From contig CBDAFS010000058.1 of assembly GCA_965195285.1 (NCBI GenBank), forward strand, positions 1 through 64,000: 64,000 bases of DNA, in the 5' to 3' direction. The notes beneath the pieces are model-generated. The model did not search any database, was not told the origin of the DNA, and saw only the letters and a program-made list of their open reading frames with translations. The DNA comes from an uncultured Aminicenantes bacterium (GTDB lineage: Bacteria > Acidobacteriota > Aminicenantia > UBA2199). Each line of letters opens with the position of its first letter. Position 1 is the stretch's first letter. Made by a program: the position numbers and the translations under genes. Below, piece by piece: positions 57,661-64,000 of this stretch.

Positions 57661-60385
57661 TTATTTGTCAAGACTTTTTCCCAATTTTTTTATATATTGG
57701 CCGGTGATGCTTTTGGGGGATTTGACTAATTGATTTGTATTGCCCTGAAAGAGTATGTGACCTCCCTTATCGCCACCCTCCGGACCCAGTTCAATGATGT
57801 AATCTGAGTAGAGGATGAGACTGAGGTTATGATCTGCAGCGACAATGGTGTTCTGATTTTTGATTATTTTATCGATCAAGTTTTTCAACATTTCAACATC
57901 ATGATCATGAAGCCCGAAGCAGGGCTCATCAATTAAAAACAAAGCCCTGGATTTCTTCATGGTTACGGATCAAGCTGATTAAATTCTTAACCATGAACAA
58001 AGCCCTGGATTTCTTCATGGTTAAGAATTTAATCAGCTTGATCCGTTGCAATTCTCCCAGTGATAATGTGGATAACCGCTGCCCCAGTTTCAGGTATCCC
58101 ATTCCGTGGGTTTGAATATTGAGTAAAATATCATTGATCCGGGGGATTTTGTTTTCGATCAATTGGATGAATTCATTGATGCTCAGGTTGAGTATTTCAT
58201 AGATGTTCTTGCTTTTGTATTTGACTTTCAATACCTCCGGTTTGAAACCGGTCCCTTGGCATTCGTCGCAGTGCATTTTTACGGCAGGTAGGAATTGCAT
58301 TTCAATTTCCACAAAACCCTTTCCCTTGCATTCCTGACATCTCCCCAGCGGAGAGTTATAGGAAAAGTGTCCCGGAAGGTATTGATGGAGTTGACTCTCC
58401 TTGAGTTGTGAAAAAAAATCCCGGATAGCGGTATATGAATCAAAGAATCCGATTACGGTGGTTCTGGTCCTGGCCCGTCTGATCCCGGGATCAATGAAGA
58501 TGAGGTCTTTGATCAATTTTTGGTTTTTTTGAAAAATCTCATGGTAAAGTAGAGTGGTTTTACCGGATCCGCTGACCCCGGCAATAATGGAAAATCGGTT
58601 TTGGGGAATTTTGAAGTTGAAATTTTTTAAATTGTGAGTGGATGCATTTTTAAATTCAAACCACTTTTCAGGAAATGGCCGGGCCTTTTTTATCTTTACA
58701 GGCTGGCTGAAATAGGTCTGGGTAATGGTTTTTATTTTGGAGAAAAAGTCCTCTTTCCAACCGTTGTACACAAGGTTTCCGCCCCCTTCACCGGAATAGG
58801 GACCCAACTCCAGAATGTAGTCCGAATGCCAGACGATATCCTTATTATGTTCGATGATCAATACGGTATTTCCGTTTTCTTTCAGGCGGACCAAAAATTT
58901 GATCAGTTTTTTATAATCGTAGGGATGGAGATCGGCCGAGGGCTGATCAATAACCAAAAGCGAGTCGGACAGAACCGAGCCCAGAATAAAGGCCAGGTTA
59001 ATTCTCTGAAATTCCCCCCTTGACAGCGTAAAGGTATGGCGGTTCAGCTGGATATAGGAGAGGCCGCTGTCCATCAGGTACTTCAGCCTTGAATTGATTT
59101 CTTCGAATACGGCAGGGGTTATTTTGTTTTTATATTTCTTGTGATTTATTTTACTGAAGAATTCAAAAGCTTGCTCAATGGTTAAATTGAGCAAATCAGC
59201 CAGATTTTTTTTCTGAAAGCGATATGAGAGAGCCGTTTGGTTTAAGCGATTGCCCTGACAGAGCGGGCATTTTTTATAGGATGAATATCTACTCAGGAAA
59301 ACCCGGGCTTGAACCTTATAACTTCTTTTTTTTATATAATTAAAAAAACCACTGATCCCCGGGAAGAATTCATTCCCGTTCATTAAAAAGTCAATATCCA
59401 CTTTTTTCAAATCTTGAATCGGGAGGTTTAAATCAATTCCCGCATCAATAGCCATTTCTGTCAGGTGGTTTCGAAAACCGGTGGTGGCCTTGGAGTTGAA
59501 GGGCAGTATTCCGCCTCCAGAAATGGACAATGATCGGTCAAAAATCAAATCCTGGTCCAGGGTTTGGATATTGCCGAACCCTTTGCAAGTCGGGCATGCT
59601 CCCCGGGGAGAGTTGAATGAAAAAAGATATTCATCAGGCTGGTGATAATCAACATTACAGCGGGGGCAGAAGAGATGCAAGGGATATACGGTTTTTTTAC
59701 CGCCCAAATAGATGATGGCTTTTCGCTTGTTAAATCCGATGGCCTTGTCAATGGCTTCGAAAATCCTGCTCTTGTTTTCCGGCTTTATATCAATATGATC
59801 GATAAGTATTTCGATGGGAGATGATCTCACCTTCTTTTGAATTTTTTTCTTTATGCCCTTTTCAATATAAAAATAGTACCCTCTGTTTATCAAGAAGGAC
59901 AGGTCGCCCTGATATTCAAAACATATCGAGCATTCTTGGTTTTTTTTTCTGGAAATTTCGGATACAATCTGGTCGATGGTGTAACTCTCTACCTTGATGC
60001 CGCAACCGGGGCAGAAGAAATCGGCCACTTTGGAATATAGAATTCTGAGATAGTCGTATATGTCCGAGGCGGTGGCCACTGTGGATCTGGGGTTTTTGGC
60101 CGGTTTTTTATGTCGGAAAGCGATTGCAGGAGGCAAGCCTTCGATTTTTTCGACCGGTGGCTTTTCGATTTTGTCCAAAAACTGTCTGATGTAGGGAGAA
60201 ATGGATTCGATGTATCTCAGGTATCCCTCTGCATACAGGGTTTTAAAGGCCAGTGATGTTTTTCCGGCACCGCTGACCCCAACGATTGAAGTGATGTAAC
60301 CCCGGGGAATATTGACACTGATATTTTTAAGATTATTGGTTTTGGCTCCCTTTATTTCAATGTATTTGGTCATAAGAATCAACAT
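57661..60385 (-). pseudogene. uvrA: UvrA excinuclease subunit, frameshifted near the 3' end by a 58-bp insertion (or assembly artefact)
   Basis: GA.TNNLKN, GVSGAGKTSLAF, FSFNSP.GACP.C.G.G, second GVSGSGKTT, LGQ..STLS.GE.QR.KL. The last Walker B (DEP..GLH) and ELGPEGG lie in the separate ORF 57661-57960. Confidence 0.85.
57938..58046. repeat. 28-bp direct repeat plus 33-bp perfect inverted repeat
   Basis: AACAAAGCCCTGGATTTCTTCATGGTTA at 57938-57965 and 57996-58023; 57965-57997 is the exact reverse complement of 58014-58046. Confidence 0.95.
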
Positions 60386-60407
60386 ATATTATCATATGAT
60401 ATTGAAA

Positions 60408-60436
60408 TTGACAAAGTGGGGGATTTGGTTTACAAT
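60408..60436 (+). promoter_or_regulatory. Sigma70-type promoter of the methylmalonyl-CoA mutase operon
   Basis: TTGACA-N17-TACAAT; the tracked GTG start at 60416 lies inside it. Confidence 0.65.
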
Positions 60437-60472
60437 TTTAAGACTGGCAATAATCCATGGGATCTAATTCCG

Positions 60473-62626
60473 ATGCCCCTTAAATCAAAAAAATATCCTG
60501 ACATATCTTTAGATAAAGAAGTCAATCTCAGGAATGATTTTCCTCCGACAACCACCGAAGAATGGAGAGCTAAAGTCGAAAGAGACCTAAAAGGATATTC
60601 CCTGGAGGAAAAGCTCGTTTCCCAAACTCCCGAGGAGATAAACCTGTATCCCCTGTACACAAAGGAAGACCTGAAAGAAGTACCAGGTATTTCCAGTTTT
60701 CCCGGTTTCATCCATTATCTCCGGGGAGCCCGGGCAGGTGGGTATGTAAAAACTCCCTGGGAAATCTGTCAGGAAATCATTGGTTTTGATCCCAAAGGAT
60801 TTAACCGGGAGTTAAAACTTGATCTTCAGATGGGTCAGACGGCTATCAATCTGATTCTGGACCGTTCAATCTGCCTGGGGCTGGAACCGAATGAAGCCGA
60901 TGCAGGTGTTCCCGGCCGGAAGGGGGTTGGATTAACCGGATTGGATGATTTGTCCGCAGCCCTATCGGGATTGAAATTAAACAGCCATCCATTGTATATA
61001 AATACCGGTTTTTCAGCCTTGCCCATGTTCATGATGCTGGAGGCCCTGTTAAATCAAAGACATGAAAATATTGAACAGCTCAAGGGGGGAATCGAGGCTG
61101 ATCCCCTTGGATTTATGGTGACTGAGGGGAAACTCCCTATTTCGGTGGAAAGGGCATTAGATCATATGGCCTGTTGTGCAAAATGGGTAAAAGAGCGAAT
61201 GGCTGAGATCAGAACCATTGGGATCGATGTATCTGTTTATCAGAATGCCGGTGCCAGCGCCACCCTTGAACTGGCCTTGGCCATGGCCACTGCGGTAGAG
61301 TATATCAATCAGCTTCAGGACAGAAACCTGAACATTGATGATATTGCCCAACAGATGAGGTTTACCTTCGGAATCGGATCCCATTTTTTTATGGAAGTAG
61401 CCAAATTCAGAGCTGCCCGGCTGCTCTGGGCCAAGATTGTTCAGGAATTCGGGGGGAGGGAATCCTCCCGGAAAATGAAGATGCATGCCAGAACCTCCTG
61501 GCATCTTCAATCCTTCTATAATCCCAATCTGAATATTTTGAGATCAACAACCGGGGCATTTTCGGCAATATTGGGGGGAGTCGACAGTTTACATTCCGGA
61601 GCATTCAATGAATCTTTTTCTGTTCCGGATGGTTTTTCACGCCGGCTTGCCCGTAATATCCAACTGATCCTGTTGAATGAAGCCCATGTCAATCAACCGG
61701 TTGATCCGGCTGGGGGGTCCTATTATATTGAATGTTTGACTTCCAGGGTTGCCGAAAAATCCTGGCAGATATTCCAGGAAGTTATTCGATCCGGTGGAAT
61801 GCTGGAAAGTCTTCGCAAGGGTCTTCCCCAGTTGAAAATAGACCGACTGAATGAACGTAAGAGGGATGACTTTGCCAGGTTGAAAACCGTAATGATCGGG
61901 ATCAATGGCTATGTGAATTCGGGAGATGAACGGGTTTTCCCCGATTTTATTGAGAAAGTAAATGTCAAAAATTCCCGCAAACCGGAAAGACCGAAAGCCG
62001 GGAAACCCAACCGGTATTTTGATCACTTATCTTTTTCGCTTAAATCCCCACCCGGGGATATCATCCGGGCTGGCATGCAGGCATTTTTATCCGGGGCTAC
62101 CTGGAAAAACGTATACTCCGCCATAAACAAATATGAAAAACCGTCTTTTAAGGTAAGTAAAATAAAGATGTTCCGGTTGGCTGAAATGTTTGAGAAATTG
62201 AGAATCCGGCTGCTGCTGTTTTCAAAAAAAAGGGGATTCAAGCCTAAAGTTATTCAGCTCGTAATGGGGGAGCTTCCCGATTATAAACCGCAGGCCGATT
62301 TTTCAGAGAGACTTTTTAAATGTCCTGGATTTGAAGTGATAACTTCACCTGCGGGCTTATCGCCCGCTGAATCCGTTGACCTGGTTGTGCATTCCGGGGC
62401 CCGGATTGTGGTCATTTGTCCGGGACAGGACGGTTTCGCCGAATTGACCCAAGGTATTATTCGGGGATTGAAGAAAAAAAAACCGGATATCATCGTTTTT
62501 ATGACCGGATCGCCACCAAGGGAAAAGGAAAAATTCATTCAACTCGGTGTTGAAGCTTTTATTTATCAGGGAGTTGATGCTCATGAAATTCTCCAGCAGC
62601 TGATTTCAAAAATTGAGGAAAAATAA
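60473..62626 (+). CDS. mutA: Methylmalonyl-CoA mutase small (beta) subunit
   Basis: FPP.T.EEW, NAGA....[25 protein letters not shown]; C-terminal B12-like domain lacks DxHxxG; precedes the large subunit. Confidence 0.88.
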   Translation: MPLKSKKYPDISLDKEVNLRNDFPPTTTEEWRAKVERDLKGYSLEEKLVSQTPEEINLYPLYTKEDLKEVPGISSFPGFIHYLRGARAGGYVKTPWEICQEIIGFDPKGFNRELKLDLQMGQTAINLILDRSICLGLEPNEADAGVPGRKGVGLTGLDDLSAALSGLKLNSHPLYINTGFSALPMFMMLEALLNQRHENIEQLKGGIEADPLGFMVTEGKLPISVERALDHMACCAKWVKERMAEIRTIGIDVSVYQNAGASATLELALAMATAVEYINQLQDRNLNIDDIAQQMRFTFGIGSHFFMEVAKFRAARLLWAKIVQEFGGRESSRKMKMHARTSWHLQSFYNPNLNILRSTTGAFSAILGGVDSLHSGAFNESFSVPDGFSRRLARNIQLILLNEAHVNQPVDPAGGSYYIECLTSRVAEKSWQIFQEVIRSGGMLESLRKGLPQLKIDRLNERKRDDFARLKTVMIGINGYVNSGDERVFPDFIEKVNVKNSRKPERPKAGKPNRYFDHLSFSLKSPPGDIIRAGMQAFLSGATWKNVYSAINKYEKPSFKVSKIKMFRLAEMFEKLRIRLLLFSKKRGFKPKVIQLVMGELPDYKPQADFSERLFKCPGFEVITSPAGLSPAESVDLVVHSGARIVVICPGQDGFAELTQGIIRGLKKKKPDIIVFMTGSPPREKEKFIQLGVEAFIYQGVDAHEILQQLISKIEEK

Positions 62627-62627
62627 T

Positions 62628-64000
62628 ATGATCAAACCTGATTTTTCCAAGGTGAAACTTGATATTCAATCACCTTCAATTTCTGCTCGGGAGTGGAATC
62701 AGACCTTTGAAAGGGAAACAGGCCGGTCAGTCAGGGATCTGATCTGGGAAACCATGGAATATATTGATGTGAAACCCCTGTATACGGCTGATGATCTCAA
62801 GGAGGTTGAGCATCTTGACTATTTACCCGGCATACGGCCCTTTCTCAGGGGGCCCTATGCGACCATGTATATCCAGAGACCCTGGACGGTAAGGCAATAT
62901 GCAGGTTTTTCCACTGCCAAAGAAAGCAATGCCTTTTACCGTCGAAACCTGGCTGCCGGCCAGATGGGTCTTTCTATTGCCTTTGACCTGCCCACTCACC
63001 GGGGATATGATTCGGATCATCCTCGGGTAGTTGGTGATGTGGGGAAAGCCGGGGTTGCCATTGATTCGGTAGAAGATATGAAGATCTTGTTTTCGGGTAT
63101 TCCCCTGGATAAGATGTCTGTGTCCATGACCATGAATGGGGCGGTATTACCGGTTTTGGCTTTTTTTATTGTTGCTGCTGAGGAGCAAGGGGTAGAACCG
63201 CAACAATTGTCCGGAACCATTCAAAATGATATTCTCAAAGAATATATGGTCCGGAACACCTATATATATCCTCCGGAACCTTCCATGAAAATTATTGCGG
63301 ATATATTCAAATACGCATCCGAATATATGCCCAAATTTAACAGCATCAGTGTTTCCGGTTATCATATGCAGGAAGCCGGAGCGACTGCAGACCTTGAGAT
63401 GGCCTTTACCCTTTCTGACGGGTTGGAGTATGTGAGAACCGGTATTCAGGCCGGTTTGAAAATAGATGATTTTGCCCCCAGAATTTCATTTTTCTGGGGA
63501 ATTGGAATGAATTATTTCATGGAGATTGCAAAATTGAGGGCGGCCAGGGTTCTGTGGGCAAAATTAATAAAGAAATTTAACCCCAACAATCCGAAATCAA
63601 TGATCCTGAGAACTCACTCTCAAACCTCGGGCTGGAGTTTAACCGAACAGGATCCCTTTAATAATGTAATCAGAACCTGTATTGAAGCCATGGCAGCCGT
63701 ACTCGGCCATACCCAGTCATTGCATACCAATTCCCTGGATGAGGCGATTGCTCTGCCCACTGATTTTTCAGCCCGAATTGCCAGAAATACCCAATTGTTT
63801 TTGCAGGAGGAAACGGGTATATGCCAGGTGATTGATCCCTGGGCCGGGTCATATTATGTTGAATGGCTAACCGCCCAGTTGATCCAAAAGAGCTGGAAAC
63901 ATATTCTGGAAATCGAATCCTATGGGGGAATGACCCGAGCCATTGAAGCGGGAATCCCCAAAATGAAGATCGAGGAAGCAGCTGCCCGGCGTCAGGCCCG
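62628..64000 (+). CDS. mutB: Methylmalonyl-CoA mutase large (alpha) subunit, truncated by window end
   Basis: Not in the ORF track (no stop within the window). ATG 62628 reads MIKPDF...[52 protein letters not shown]...[10 protein letters not shown]...[13 protein letters not shown]. Confidence 0.95.
   Translation, partial: MIKPDFSKVKLDIQSPSISAREWNQTFERETGRSVRDLIWETMEYIDVKPLYTADDLKEVEHLDYLPGIRPFLRGPYATMYIQRPWTVRQYAGFSTAKESNAFYRRNLAAGQMGLSIAFDLPTHRGYDSDHPRVVGDVGKAGVAIDSVEDMKILFSGIPLDKMSVSMTMNGAVLPVLAFFIVAAEEQGVEPQQLSGTIQNDILKEYMVRNTYIYPPEPSMKIIADIFKYASEYMPKFNSISVSGYHMQEAGATADLEMAFTLSDGLEYVRTGIQAGLKIDDFAPRISFFWGIGMNYFMEIAKLRAARVLWAKLIKKFNPNNPKSMILRTHSQTSGWSLTEQDPFNNVIRTCIEAMAAVLGHTQSLHTNSLDEAIALPTDFSARIARNTQLFLQEETGICQVIDPWAGSYYVEWLTAQLIQKSWKHILEIESYGGMTRAIEAGIPKMKIEEAAARRQA

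Noticed and set aside
57661-57960. Independent small ATPase gene or programmed frameshift in uvrA
   Set aside because: Fully explained as the UvrA C-terminus displaced by the 58-bp duplication; no slippery site is needed.
1-64000. CRISPR arrays, tRNA/rRNA genes, IS elements, anti-phage defence systems
   Set aside because: No regularly spaced repeats, cloverleaf-like or rRNA-like segments, transposase motifs or recognisable defence genes were seen by eye; covariance-model scans were not run.

Overview
Gene-dense, AT-rich bacterial chromosomal window. Gene content and style suggest an anaerobic diderm such as Candidatus Aminicenantes/Acidobacteriota, but this is inference only. The left half (about 5.4-30.8 kb) is a large surface-glycan locus. 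It holds an RfaH/UpxY-like NusG paralog, an AlkP-superfamily phosphodiesterase, four sulfotransferases, seven GT4 glycosyltransferases, Wzx, two SAM methyltransferases, a WecA-like initiator fused to a CapD-N-like domain, wbpA/B/D/E-like genes and a WaaL/O-OTase-like protein; a very low-GC cassette sits in the middle. The right half is housekeeping: recD2, dnaG-rpoD, xerD, apgM, metK, an HD-GYP regulator, rsbW-like-tsaB-rimI, mutS, sahR-ahcY, ligA, a MinD/FlhG-like pair, lpxD, atpZIBE, uvrA and methylmalonyl-CoA mutase. No tRNA, rRNA, CRISPR array or transposase was seen. Most notable: (1) a candidate antitermination-controlled pathway for a sulfated, methylated glycan, with an ops-like leader; (2) recurrent leaderless-gene architecture, with a -10 box 6-7 nt before the start codon; (3) a SahR-type operator inside its own promoter; (4) uvrA broken by a 58-bp fold-back duplication; (5) RpoD with an apparently duplicated, basic region 1.1; (6) an unrecognised Cys/Trp tandem domain in a secreted protein; (7) a glycine-free packing motif in the ATP synthase c subunit.
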